Of a stretch of DNA of 64,000 nucleotides, positions 37,839 through 51,621 are shown piece after piece. Every line of letters begins with the position of its first letter. Position 1 is the stretch's first letter. The stretch is from assembly GCA_964016885.1 (NCBI GenBank), contig OZ024742.1, forward strand, positions 263,872,001 through 263,936,000, read 5' to 3'. Made by a program: the position numbers and the translations under genes. Under the pieces are notes generated by a model that saw only the letters and a program-made list of their open reading frames with translations, ran no database searches and was not told the origin of the DNA. Origin of the DNA: Eledone cirrhosa. Lineage: Eukaryota.

Positions 37839-38484
37839 CGACCATAAGTATGTATATATATGTGAAAATGTATATAAATAAGTATATATATATATATGTT
37901 TGATGTGTATAGTTAGATGTAAGTGCATTCATGTATTAAAGTGTTTATATATATATATATATACACATAGACTGGAGAATGTGTGTATATATGTGTGTGT
38001 CTATACGTGTGTATATAAAGATAAATTGAGTATGAAAATGTATACACATGAACGCGTATGTATGTATATGTATATATGTGTATATATATATATGTATGCA
38101 TGTGTATATGTATGTAAGTATGAGCATGTAAGTATGTGTATGTGAGTATATGTATTTTGTAGAGGTGTGCATATATGTTTGTGTGTGAATGCGTGGGCGA
38201 AAGGATACGTACACTTGAAAGAAAAATTTAAGTCTGAATGTTAATTAAGTGCAAACACAAAACCAACCACGCATATCTATACTATCTCTAATCCTTCTAT
38301 AGATTTAGAAAAATAACCAATAATATATTCTATAAAAATGTCAAAACAACAGATGGGAATCTAATTACTCACTGCCACCAAAAATTCTCACTGCTATCAA
38401 AAAACCACCCCCTCAACTATTCTTCTAACAACTTCACCCCTCCCTCCTAATATTCTCTATAAAAACCAAACAGGTCCCCAGTAA

Positions 38485-38610
38485 AATTATTCCGATGAAA
38501 TGACAGTTGATAATAACATAGAAATATTGAATGTCTGCATAACTAATACTTTGTAGATAGCAGCTGTTTTCAGGTTATGTAACTGTTATAGAAACACGTG
38601 TCAATAAATT
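38485..38610 (+). ncRNA. Solo hammerhead ribozyme (CCGATGA core, extended stem II) near (TA)n
   Basis: aattatt-CCGATGA-aaTGACAGTT...AACTGTTAta-GAAA-cacgtg-TC-aataaatt. Confidence 0.65.
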
Positions 38611-38767
38611 CCTTTTAACTAAACTGTATCCATTAAAATCCTTCTATATATATATATATATATATATAGCGTCCGAAACATTAAGACCCCCTTCCTGCTA
38701 TTTCAAGCGTTAACCTAATATATTCCTTCCAAATACTGCACCGATTGTGTTGTTATTTCTGTTTACC

Positions 38768-38863
<96 letters not shown>

Positions 38864-38865
38864 AC

Positions 38866-39059
<194 letters not shown>

Positions 39060-39230
39060 GAAGAAAAGGTGAAGTTGGAAATAGCATGGAAAATATATTC
39101 AGGGTCTGTTTTTTTCTTTCTTTCTTTGATTCGTCAAAGTGTCATTATTGAAAAAATGAGAGGGACAATTCTTTTTAAAAAAGAGTTGTATAATGTACAT
39201 AAAGTGTATAAAGTATTTAACGTATTTAAA

Positions 39231-39276
39231 GTATTACCGGTTTCGATGTATTAGTAAAATTCATCTCATCAAATGT
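39231..39276 (-). ncRNA. Decayed hammerhead
   Basis: Minus strand reads TTGATGA-GATG...CATC-GAAA-ccgg-TA-atac; the first core base is mutated. Confidence 0.45.
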
Positions 39277-39692
39277 TGAGTATTACAATTAAAAAGAATT
39301 AATGAGAATCAAAAACTAAAAATGAAAGATTTAAAATTAAGAGGTAAGTTTTTTCCATCTTCCTTGTTGAGAAGGAGACTGGAAAACGAGCTCTTGTGTA
39401 TAGAGAGAGGTGTGTAGTCATGATAGTAGCAGCAGTAGTGTTGGTAGTTGTGTTTCTTCACATAGAACAAAATTGTTTTTAGGGACAAAGGAAATATTCT
39501 GTCAATATGTGTGTGTATCTCAAATGTGTTAATGGACGAATCAAGAGTTCAGAGGTGCGAAGCAGGAAATTGTAAGCCAGAGACAAATTCTATGGGATTG
39601 GCAACAGTAGGGTTGTAAAAGAAATTCTATTTTTGTAATATGGTTTTAGAGAGTGTGTAAACGTGTGAAAGTGTATATATAATAATAAAGAG

Positions 39693-39790
39693 TCGAGCCC
39701 CAACGGACGAGCTTTTGCCGTTTCAACAGCTAGTTCCAGAATATTAGCCGAGAAGTCTCACGGTCGACTGGCCATATCATCAGGATCGAG
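39693..39790 (-). ncRNA. Hammerhead ribozyme-like motif
   Basis: Minus strand reads CTGATGA-tatggccagt...actagctgtt-GAAA-CGG-caaaagctcgt-CCG-TT-gggg. The 3' half resembles that of H2. Confidence 0.55.
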
Positions 39791-39976
39791 GCCTGTCCAT
39801 CTAATTGTAAATTTTCTTCATAGGGTGTTGCAGAAACGTTTTAAGATGAATTCATTGTATTTTATATATAAAAATACACATACGTACATGTTTATATATT
39901 TAGGGAGTTGTTATATGAGTGGGTGTGTAGTTGTGTGCGTATGTGTATGTGTATATATGTATGTGTGTGTGTATGT

Positions 39977-40046
<70 letters not shown>

Positions 40047-40074
40047 TGTGTGTGTGTGTGTGTATATAAGTATA

Positions 40075-40240
40075 TGAGAGGATTGGTGTGGTAGTGTATT
40101 GGTAAAATCGTTAAAGCATCGGACAAAATGTCTTGCCAATGTTACTTCCGGTTCGTTATGAACACATTTCTAATGTCACCGAAGTAAACTTTGCCTTTCA
40201 TCCTTTCGGGGTCGATAATCATATACCGGTGAAATACTGC
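40075..40240 (+). mobile_element. Degenerate SINE copy
   Basis: aactttgcctttcatcctttcggggtcgataa core. Confidence 0.6.
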
Positions 40241-40596
40241 GATTTATATATCATTCTACATATCTGTTAAAACAACACACACGTACACATCAACTTATTC
40301 ACTCGAACAGACATATTTCATCTCTAAAAAGGCTAACTCCATTAAAAAGGATAATACATCCCCCCCCCCATATATATATATATACATACATATATATAGA
40401 CCAGAAGGACAGATACCCCAGTGAGAGAATATACTCTGAAATCATTAGACGTGTCCGTCGAACCTGCGGGTCCAGAATCAAACAGATCCACTCAATGTTA
40501 TAGCCTTGAGCTGTCCGCCGGCGAAACAATAAATTGAGTTCAGATGCATCATTGATTTTTCGTTTTCTATTCTACAACCCCCCACCCCACACACAC

Positions 40597-40625
<29 letters not shown>

Positions 40626-40627
<2 letters not shown>

Positions 40628-41450
40628 CTGATTAATGTTCAGAGTTATCCTCAGCATTCTCGTGTAGCACCCATCCACCATCTGAGTGAGTATCTTGGTC
40701 AGTGTCCAAGTCTCAGACCCGTACAGCAGCACAGACTTCACTACAGCAATGAAGTGGTGGATTTTCACGTCTTTACGAATGTCCGACTTCCACACTGATC
40801 TCAAGTGGTGACACGCCGCCCAGGCTTTGCTCTTCCTCTCAACCACATCATCTTCCGCATTCCCAATCTTTGCTCCCAAATACAGGAAGTCCTCAATCAA
40901 TTCTAGCGGCTTCCCGCCTACATTAGTGATGCCCTCTGGCTTCTCAACATTCGCTACCAGATATTTTGTTTTAGTCTCATTCATTCTCAGCCCCACACTC
41001 ATCCACACAGTCTCAACCTCCTGCATCAAATTCTCTGCCTCCTTCACTGTATTTGTCACCAAAACTATGTCGTCGGCAAATTCAGCATCCGATATCTTTT
41101 TCGCCTTAACTCTCCTGCTCTGAGCCGGTGTTACAGTAAAGCCAGAGTCATGAGGATGAAAAACTCAGAGCTGTATGGGAGCCTCCCAAAAGTCACCCCA
41201 AAAGTGACACAGAGGAGACTGAGGTTAGCTGGACATGCTCACCGACATCCATATTTGACATTGTAGTCAATGCTCCTGTGGACATACACACACATACACA
41301 CTGGAAGAGGAAGACCAAGGTTAACGTATGTTGATGTCCTAAGGACAGACACTGGTCTGTTGGAGACGCAGGACATGGCAGCAATAACGAGGGACAGAAA
41401 CCGCTGGAGAGAACTCGTCCATGGATCTCGGGAATTTTACCCACCCTAGA
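40626..41450. mobile_element. RTE-clade LINE with inverted 5' part (40626-41149 minus, 41151-41450 plus)
   Basis: Same family as 13493-14981 with the same inversion point; (TA)n flanks. Confidence 0.88.
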
Positions 41451-41464
41451 AAAAAAAAAGAAAA

Positions 41465-41550
<86 letters not shown>

Positions 41551-42042
41551 TATATAAATATAAATTAAATATAAATCTATACCATTATAGATTAAATTTA
41601 ATGTGACTACGTCACATTATTTAATATTCAATTTCCGCCATCTTGTAAGTACTTATCTTAGATAGCTGCCTACACTTGAACTCCATCGGCAGAGTAACAA
41701 ATCAGCGACATCTTGTGAAGGATCCTGAACACGACAAAGCTCTGTCAAATATGTGTAGTTCTCCAGAAGTAAATACGATTTTTTCCGGCAAGTAGTGAAT
41801 TACTGTTGACACAATTGCTAGGGTTCTTTTATATAGGTGCGGCGCTTATGGGGGAAAAGGGTAGTTAAAATAAATTGATTTTATTACTTCGTCCCTGATT
41901 CTTGTCAGTGTCGTATAACAGTGCGGGTCTCGTGACCTGCTAGAAGTAACAAGGGCAGAAGAAGAAGAAGAAGAAGAAGAAGAAGAAACTAGTGAGAAAG
42001 TTGCTAGATCATTGCATCGAAATTTGTCACACACACACACAC

Positions 42043-42122
<80 letters not shown>

Positions 42123-42814
42123 AATGTAAGTCCGTCGGTTTCGATGATCAGTATTCAAACTACATGCTTATTAAACTCACGTCTAAGTCGCTCAGTATTC
42201 TATAGATAGCGTATTACGTACTTCTCAGGCGAAATCAACGGTACAGAATGCATGGCAAGCCTACACTTTTGAATTACAGGTAGAATCGATCAGATTGTCT
42301 TACGCACAGTTACCACATGAAATTGCTATATCGTTGATTGTGTCTGATAGCTTCATTGTGGTATTTAGTTATTATAAGGTATAAATTGTGTAAGAGGCAT
42401 GCAATAAACATATAACTGGCAATGAATATTGGCAATACCAAATAGAAGTAAAACTTACTTAATATTTCATTAATAAAAACTAATTCAACACGTACACACA
42501 TATATACACCCTCACACACATATACACGCACACAGACACCCGTCTCTCTCTCTCTCTCTCTCTCTCGGTCTTTCTCTCTCTCACTCTCACTCTCTCTCTC
42601 TCCCCCCTCTCTCACAGGCATATGTATATAAATTCAAATAAATTAGATTCTTTAGCTTCGCATCCAAAGTTTTCATAAGGAAATATAGCTGTCATTTAAA
42701 GAACACATCTGTCGTTATATTTTCTGTATCCAAATTGATTCAATAATATTTGCAATAAGTATTTTTAATAAGATCCTTGGTGAGAACTGTTGTTTATTAT
42801 TAATTCCTGAATAT

Positions 42815-43012
42815 TCCAGGGCGGTGGATTGGCAGTATCGGTAGAGGGTCGGACGCCATGCTTTGACGCATAGAGTTACGGCCCTTGCCATTCTGAGTTC
42901 AAATCCCGCCGAGGTTAACTTTGCCTTTCATCCTTACGGGGTCGATAAAATAAAGTACCAGTAATGTACTGGGTAATTTCTGGCCTTGTGCCAATAGTAG
43001 AAACAATTATTA
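42815..43012 (+). mobile_element. tRNA-derived SINE
   Basis: Full copy of the GAGTTCAAATCC family. A possible target-site duplication (attaattcctgaatat) is present on both sides. Confidence 0.8.
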
Positions 43013-43060
43013 ATTCCTGAATATATATTTTCATCGCTGTACATATATATATATATATAT

Positions 43061-43390
43061 GGTGGCTGCCAACTCGTTTTCGAGTACGGCCACTACTTTC
43101 TGTCCATGTAGGAGAACCCCTACTGATGCGCTGAACAAGTGTGACTTTTTAGTCCAGCCAGCGACTTGAAAACTCTGGTACAACCACTACACTTGTGACA
43201 ATTACTGACTCATAGTGCTGGGCCCATTGTACCCTGTGGTGACAAGTGCAGAGAGATCTCCAGATATAAAGCAATGCCTGTGCCGTGAAGCTTTTATAGT
43301 GAGCAAAGGCACTGCACAAAGCCAGTCCCACTCTCTTAACCAAGATGATATTTACCAAAAGTCAACATCATTGCAGGTGTTATATAAGAG
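43061..43390 (+). repeat. Dispersed repeat (copy of 1995-2345, inverted)
   Basis: High similarity by direct comparison. Confidence 0.75.
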
Positions 43391-43642
43391 TTTTCCTTAT
43401 CCTAGAATTCTGCCCTGACAAAGGCTAAGGGGGTCATCTCTCCCGGTGATTTTGGATGGCCATTGACTCTTAAGAGCTCCTTTGCCCTTTGACAGGTTTT
43501 TTTTTTAGTCCTGCAGGATGTCCAAAGTCACCCTCCTCACCAGAAACCTTGGTGGGGTTGCCAGTTTAGTCGCCAACGACCCGACCATGAGACAGGTTGT
43601 ACTGGGATACATGTTACCAGTAGCACCAACTGGTGACCTGAC

Positions 43643-43706
<64 letters not shown>

Positions 43707-43744
43707 ATTAAATAAATGGAAAACTATATTTATAAAACCATATT

Positions 43745-43810
43745 TATTTCATTATATATATTTCGGGGATATCATATTAACAATATGCTATGCCTTCATC
43801 AGACAAAATA
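43745..43810 (-). ncRNA. Type I hammerhead ribozyme (H10 left arm)
   Basis: Reverse complement of 46086-46151. Confidence 0.78.
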
Positions 43811-44170
43811 CAATATAAACAGTTTTATAGATAAATATATTCGACATACCGTAATAAACATCAACTTCATTTGAAGAGGTTTACGCTAGCAGTGAAAATA
43901 CAGAGAGAAAGAAAGAGAGAAAGAAAAGAGGGAAAAACGAAAGAAAGAAAGACAAAACGAAGAAAAGGAAGAAAAAGAAGAAAAAGAAAAAGAAGAAATG
44001 CATGGAACAAAATAGAGAGATGGAAAAATAGATAAAGTGAAGAGCTTCATGTAAAGAGACAGAAAGATATATATATATATATAGAGAGAGGAAATAGAGA
44101 TAGATACATATATATATATAGAAAATTAGGTAGTGGGAGGTCATTTTGAGTAAGTGTATCAATGATACAT

Positions 44171-44205
<35 letters not shown>

Positions 44206-45690
44206 GCTCAAGTATTAATGTAAGGGAGATATATAGAGAGATATAGAGAGATATAGAGAGAGAAAAAAATTTAAAAATATCCAGACATATTCGAGGCGTA
44301 GAAAACCCTATGTTTTAATGTATTAGTATTTATAAAACTTACACTACACTGTAAATATCAGTATTCCTGAATGAAACAAGTATTCACAATGTGTGAAAAT
44401 TCATTATCTTATGTTTAGTTTTAAAAATTCATATGTCTATGTGACAGCTACAAATCTCAATGTGAATCCAACTGATTCACTCCGCAAACTCTAAGTTATC
44501 GGAAAACATTCTCAATGTGGTATAAAAATTTGAGCGTATTATTATTCTTGCGATTACTCTACAAGATTATCTATCAAGCAGAAATAGAGAGCAGATTTCA
44601 ATATACTAATCGAAAATATATATTATATTATAAACAAAGATAACAATAATAATAATAATAAGTAAAAATATATAAAAATATAGAATAGAAAACTAAAAAA
44701 ATATTACGAAAGAATATTACATAATAAAAATATTGCATATTAAAAATACTACGTATTAAAAAATATTACGTATTAAAGATTTACATATAAAAATTTACAT
44801 ATAAAAATATACATATAAAAATTTACATATAAAAATTTACATATAAAAATATATAAAAATATTAAAAAAATAAAAAATATTAAAAAAATAAAATAAAAAT
44901 AAAAATATTATAGAATACTACAATACTAAAAGAATAAAAGTAAAAATAAAAATAAAAATAAAAATAAAAATAAAAATAAAAATAAAAATAAAAATAAAAA
45001 TAAAAATAAAAATAAAAATAAAAATAAAAATAAAAATAAAAATAAAAATAAAAATAAAAATAAAAATAAAAATAAAAATAAAAATAAAAATAAAAATAAA
45101 AATAAAAATAAAAATAAAAATAAAAATAAAAATAAAAATAAAAATAAAAATGAAAATAAAAATAAACCACAAAAAACAACCCTTCAAAGTTAATTGACAA
45201 TATATTGCCAAGTTCACTACAAGACAAAGCCAAAAATTATCTATCAAATCACATCTAGCAAAGAATATCGTATATCATATTTTCGATTAGTATATTGAAA
45301 TCTGCTCTCTATTTCTGCTTGATAGATAATCTTGTAGAGTAATCGCAAGAATAATAATACGCTCAAATTTTTATACCACATTGAGAATGTTTTCCGATAA
45401 CTTAGAGTTTGCGGAGTGAATCAGTTGGATTCACATTGAGATTTGTAGTTGTCACATAGACATATGAATTTTTAAAACTAAACATAAGATAATGAATTTT
45501 CACACATTGTGAATACTTGTTTCATTCAGGAATACTGATATTTACAGTGTAGTGTAAGTTTTATAAATACTAATACATTAAAACATAGGGTTTTCTACGC
45601 CTCGAATATGTCTGGATATTTTTAAATTTTTTTCTCTCTCTATATCTCTCTATATCTCTCTATATATCTCCCTTACATTAATACTTGAGC

Positions 45691-45725
<35 letters not shown>

Positions 45726-46085
45726 ATGTATCATTGATACACTTACTCAAAATGACCTCCCACTACCTAATTTTATATATATATATATGTATCTATCTCT
45801 ATTTCCTCTCTCTCTATATATATATATATCTTTCTGTCTCTTTACATGAAGCTCTTCACTTTATCTATTTTTCCATCTCTCTATTTTGTTCCATGCATTT
45901 CTTCTTTTTCTTTTTCTTCTTTTTCTTCCTTTTCTTCGTTTTGTCTTTCTTTCTTTCGTTTTTCCCTCTTTTCTTTCTCTCTTTCTTTCTCTCTGTATTT
46001 TCACTGCTAGCGTAAACCTCTTCAAATGAAGTTGATGTTTATTACGGTATGTCGAATATATTTATCTATAAAACTGTTTATATTG

Positions 46086-46151
46086 TATTTTGTCTGATGA
46101 AGGCATAGCATATTGTTAATATGATATCCCCGAAATATATATAATGAAATA
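46086..46151 (+). ncRNA. Type I hammerhead ribozyme (H10 right arm)
   Basis: tattttgt-CTGATGA-aggcatagCATATTgttAATATGatatcccc-GAAA-tatata-TA-atgaaata. Confidence 0.78.
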
Positions 46152-46279
46152 AATATGGTTTTATAAATATAGTTTTCCATTTATTTAATATTGTAAATAT
46201 ACTCCAAATATTTGTCGAGTGCTTTTATATCAGTTATAAATATTTACTAGTTGTAACCCAACAATTTTAAATATAACTT

Positions 46280-46413
<134 letters not shown>

Positions 46414-46428
46414 CATACATCTATCTAT

Positions 46429-46832
46429 CTAAGGCGGGTAAAATTCCCGAGATCCATGGACGAGTTCTCTCCAGCGGTCTCTGTCCCTCATTATCGCTGC
46501 CATGTCCTGCGTCTCCAACAGACCAGTGTCTGTCCTTAGGGCATCAACATATGTTAACCTTGGTCTTCCTCTTCCAGTGTGTCCATGTAGGGTCTGAGAC
46601 TTGGACACTGACCAAGAGACTCACTCAGATGGTGGATGGGTGCTACACGAGAATGCTGAGGATGGCTCTGAACATTAATCAGTATACACTGAGGATGAAA
46701 AACTCAGAGCTGTATGGGAGCCTCCCAAAAGTCAGCTCAAAAGTGACACAGAGGAGACTGAGGTTGGCTGGACATGCTCACCGACATCCAGAGTTGACAT
46801 TGCACTCCGTGCTCCTTTGGGAGCCCCTACAT
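46429..46832. mobile_element. Short RTE copy with inversion (46429-46592 minus 3' end; 46590-46832 plus)
   Basis: Both segments meet at the same internal ccctacat site; microsatellite flanks. Confidence 0.85.
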
Positions 46833-46880
46833 ATACATACATATACACACATATATACATATGCACCCACACGCGCATAC

Positions 46881-46926
<46 letters not shown>

Positions 46927-47502
46927 CACACACTCACACACACATGTGTATAATGAAGGAAATATTTCAGTTGCATGATTGTCATTCGTCAATTAGTGTC
47001 TGGACGTTTGAGTTATTAATAATGTTAGCGCTGTGTCTTTATCACAAGAGGTGTTGTGTTAACTAGATTTAAACATATATATATAACAAATTATTTTGAA
47101 GGAAACGTTCATTTGCAATGCTTAATATCTATTCCAGAATATTCAATGTGCTAGTGTGTATTTAACCAAATTGATCATGCAACTTTAGTTGTCTGATTGC
47201 AACATTAACCTACAAAAAGATTTAGAGTAAGTAATACATTTTCGAACCTTAGTCAACCTAGACGAAACTGTAGTCAAGGTTACAAAATCATTGATCGTCA
47301 TTAGATTAATTCAAATAACGCATAAAAAGAGCAGCAACAACAGAATATACGGTGGTAATGGAAAGGCAAATATCAAAATTTCGTCTGGAACCATCTAACT
47401 AGTTTTAAAACACACATATATATATGGTATATATATAGTAAAAGAGTGAAGAATAACGTGGTCGGCTGTACAATAGGGTTTATTTAAAGTATATATATAT
47501 AT

Positions 47503-48712
47503 CTAGGGCGGGTAAAATTCCCAAGATCCATGGACGAGTTCTCTCCAGCGGTCTCTGTCCCTCATTATCGCTGCCATGTCGTGCGTCTCCAACAGACCAG
47601 TCTCTGTCCTTAGGGCATCAACATACGTTAACCTTGGTTTTCCTCTTCCAGTGTGTCCATGTAGGGGCTTCCACAGGAGCACAGAGTGCAATGTCAACTC
47701 TGGATGTCGGTGAGCATGTCCAGCTAACCTCAGTCTCCTCTGTATCACTTTTGAGCTGACTTTTTGGGAGGCTCCCATACTGCTCTGAGTTTTTGATCCC
47801 AATCTTTTCTCCCAAATACAAGAATGCCTCAACCAATTCTAGCGGCTTCCCGCCTACATTAGTGATGCCCTCTCGCTTCTCAACATTCTCTACCAGATAT
47901 TTTGTTTGAGTCTCATTCATTCTCAGCCCCACACTCATCGACAACGTCTCAACCTCCTGCATCAAATCCTCTGCCTCCTTCACTGTATTTGTCACCAAAA
48001 CTATGTCGTCGGCAAATTCAGCATCCGATATCTTTTTCGCCTTAACTCTCCTGCTCTGAGCCGGTGCTACAGTAAAGCCAGAGTCCTGGTGTTTCTCCAG
48101 TGCAAGGCGCATACAATAGTCCACTACGATGATAAAAAGGGAGGGAGCCAATGTATCTCCATGGAGCACTCTAGCCAGTATCTCAAAGAACTCTGTCATC
48201 CCATCAGGTGTAATGACTTGGGCTTTGGTGTTGGTGTAGAGCAGTGATATCAGGTCCACTATCTTCTTGGGGATTCCATAAGCCTGTAAGATCTTCATTA
48301 GGCAGTGACGGTCCACAGAATCAAAGGCCTTCCTAAAGTCAATGAAAACCATGACCGCACGAGGGCACTTTGCTCCCTCTAATATCCTCCCCAGTATCAG
48401 GATGTGACTGGTAGTTGATCTTCCCTCTCTGAAGCCGTTCTGGTTGTCCCTGAGCTTCTTCTCCATCTCAGGCTGGATCCTGTTAAGAATCACCCTGTTG
48501 AGGATCTTTGCCACAAGTGACGTCAGATCCCCCTGTAGTTGTTGGTGTTAGAGAGATCTCCCTTCTTTGATATTGGGACGATGTTACTGATCCTCCACTG
48601 ATTCGGGGCAACTCCTTTCTCTAGTACCTGGTTATAGAACCCCAGGATGAGATCATCAATATCACACCTCTTCATCACCTCTGATGCCACTCCATCATCT
48701 CCATGAACCTTG
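47503..48712 (-). mobile_element. RTE-clade LINE, 5'-truncated with an internal deletion at ~47795
   Basis: ORF 47618-48514 has NQNGFR, FIDFRKAFDSV, GDTLAP, FADDIVL; TA flanks. Confidence 0.88.
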
Positions 48713-48715
48713 CTA

Positions 48716-48849
<134 letters not shown>

Positions 48850-48889
48850 AATATATATATAAATTAATATATATATATATATATATATA

Positions 48890-49262
48890 TACGATATTAA
48901 ACAAATGGAAACTATATTTATAAAACCATATTTATTTCATTATACATATTTCGGGGATACCATATTAAAAATATGGCATGCCTTCGTCAGATAAAATACA
49001 ATATATAAACAGTTTTATAAATAATTTTGACGTACGTCAAAATTATTTATAAAACTGTTTATATATTGTATTTTATCTGACGAAGGCATGCCATATTTTT
49101 AATATGGTATCCCCGAAATATGTATAATGAAATAAATATGGTTTTATAAATATAGTTTCCATTTGTTTAATATCGTATATCTACTCCAAAAACTTGTCGA
49201 GTGCTTTATATCAGTTATAAAATATTTACTTGTTGTAACCCAACAATTTTAAATAAAACTTT

Positions 49263-49266
<4 letters not shown>
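48890..49266. mobile_element. Fold-back element H11: perfect 288-bp palindrome (48890-49177) plus tail; same family as H10
   Basis: Centre ttttgacgt|acgtcaaaa with no spacer. The tail 49178-49266 is homologous to the H10 tail. Confidence 0.92.
49069..49134 (+). ncRNA. Type I hammerhead ribozyme (mirror copy at 48933-48998 minus)
   Basis: tattttat-CTGACGA-aggcATGCCATATTtttAATATGGTATcccc-GAAA-tatgta-TA-atgaaata. Confidence 0.8.
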
Positions 49267-49314
<48 letters not shown>

Positions 49315-49871
49315 AATTTATAGACATACGGGCACATATGTATATACATTTATATACACACATATACATATATATATGCCTCAATGAAAGAGATGAGCTA
49401 GTAAGTATCAACCTGATACAAGAATATACCATATCTGTACTCTCGAGGTTTGTCATATAGTAACTGGCAAGCAATTAGTAAATACTTGGCAGGAAAGAAT
49501 ATTTAATTGCAAAGACAAACAATTTAAAACTTTCTCTTATTATAATCGTGACTAACAGGGGATTAGAACCTACAACCTATTCACTAATCTTTTCAATCTA
49601 CTACGCTAACTTTATTATGAGCATGTCTCTGTAGCCCGATTCTCGACCTCTTTGAAATAATACCGGCTGTATTCTTATCAGGAAAAGACCACATAGCTGT
49701 TAAATTTATGGATGTACATTGAACATTATAATTGTTATTGTTATCCTTGTTGAAGTTGTCGTTATACTACTGCTGCTACTACAACACATTTTTGTTGTTG
49801 TTTTAAATAAGTACATTTCAACCAATATGAAGTGTTTCTCTTAGTGAATAATATAATACTTATATATATAT

Positions 49872-50733
49872 TCTAGCTGCAGTACCCGGTAATACCCGGG
49901 AAATGTGGGGTTATTTGCTGTTCCCAGAGTGCGCCTGAAAATACTAACGACCCTGGATGCCCGTACTGGATTTTCAATAGCAACCTTTGCCAGGTGTGTT
50001 TATGGCAGATCAATTTTTTTGTGTGGAACTATCAATAGCTGTTGAAGTGATCAGTCCTTCTTCCATCCAGATTTCTTCATTCAGAGTGAATAAGCTGGGG
50101 AAGTTTGAGCTCGAAAAGTATCGAACTTATTCAACAAACTTATGTATAAGAATAGCGAACATACTGCCTTGGCGCCCAAAAACAAATTCAGAACAATTGA
50201 AGAAGTCATAGCAATTATTGAAGAAATTATAATCGAATAAACATATTCAGGTACTGTTCAAGTACCCTGAATATCACCGTTTGTAAAGCCCTTCGAATGA
50301 CTGAAGCAATTCAATAAAACCACCCCGTTTACCCCCTATAGTAGACATAACCTGAGAAAACACACCATAATAAGTCGGATAAAATATCAGAAGTGATGGC
50401 CCTAAAGAGGGCCTTGTAATGTTCACTGTTGCAAAGTGTCAATAATGGGGGAGTTACATTTTCTTAATTTGTGTTAATCTTCCCACGATCCGACACCTCG
50501 AAATATCAACAAAATAAACTCTACTCCCAAAGATGGCTTGTTACAATTAACATGCCGAGAGTACGAATATTCGTCAACATACGATTTGGGTTTTATTCTT
50601 CAGACTAATCTCATAGTAAGCCAACTCCCAGGTCACTCATCATCACACTTTCTTGTAACGTATCACCGATACCTGCAGTTGACCTTAATGTGACCTAACT
50701 GTGTGCACGTTTTCAGAATCCATATCAGTAGAT

Positions 50734-50735
<2 letters not shown>
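49872..50735 (+). mobile_element. Helitron-like non-autonomous fragment
   Basis: The start tctagctgcagtacccggtaatacccggg resembles the starts at 17782 and 19497. A matching type of end (acagacagac...tatatagtagat) occurs at ~51975. Confidence 0.35.
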
Positions 50736-50789
<54 letters not shown>

Positions 50790-50792
<3 letters not shown>

Positions 50793-51570
50793 AAAATTAA
50801 ATTAAGGTTTCATGTCTGAGAAACATGCGCCATATTCACTGCAGAATAAGCTCAAAGATTCCAATGAATAGATCCGAGCATTTTATATCAACTAGAAATA
50901 GATTGACACATATATATATATATAAAATAAACACATGAAACAATCTCAGAGAATAATTTGTAAAGTGTGTAAGCACACGTAGCTATGTAGGTAACTAAGT
51001 AAAGTTTAACTAGAACTTCAAATATAGATACCTTATAAAATGCTCGGATCTATTCATTGGAATCTTTGAGCTTATTCTGCAATGAATATGGCGCATGTCT
51101 CTCAGACATGACAACTTTAATTTAATTTTGGATATATATACGGCCCCTTGATTGTAGAGCTAATTCAGTTGAATGGACTTGGCTGCTATTTCTAGCTGTT
51201 GATAATACTATTCACGCCACTGGGATGACGCGGTGCGATGTATGTATTTTTTATAAAATGCAACACGTGGTTCGAGTCATTCACAGATTTGCATTTGCTG
51301 TGTAAACACAGATGGTTGGATCTTCTCCTTTGGTGACCATCCAGGATTTGACTGCTGTCATTTACTGATTAATTAGTGAAATATATTTCTTATTTAAAGA
51401 AATATATACAAAGGAGATTAATCATTTAAAAAGGTATCTATATTTGAAGTTCTAGTTAAACTTTAATTAGTTACCTACCTAGCTATGTGTGCTTACACAC
51501 TTTACAAATTATTCCCTGAGATTGTTTTATGTGTTTATTTTATATATATATGTGTCAATCTATTTCTAGT

Positions 51571-51575
<5 letters not shown>
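50790..51575. repeat. Interleaved inverted repeats A-B-A'-C-B' between (TA)n tracts (H12)
   Basis: A 50790-50887 / A' 51035-51133; B 50886-51034 / B' 51431-51575. Confidence 0.8.

Positions 51576-51621
<46 letters not shown>

Noticed and set aside
43881-46015. Twin 93-aa ORFs at 43881 (-) and 45734 (+), and twin ORFs at 63098/63344
   Set aside because: Mirror products of inverted repeats with low-complexity translation.
43702-46195. Interpreting the hairpins as MITE or Foldback DNA transposons
   Set aside because: One-sided tails, hammerhead motifs, variable centres and homology to PLE 3' ends favour a retro-origin, although a TA target duplication cannot be excluded inside (TA)n.
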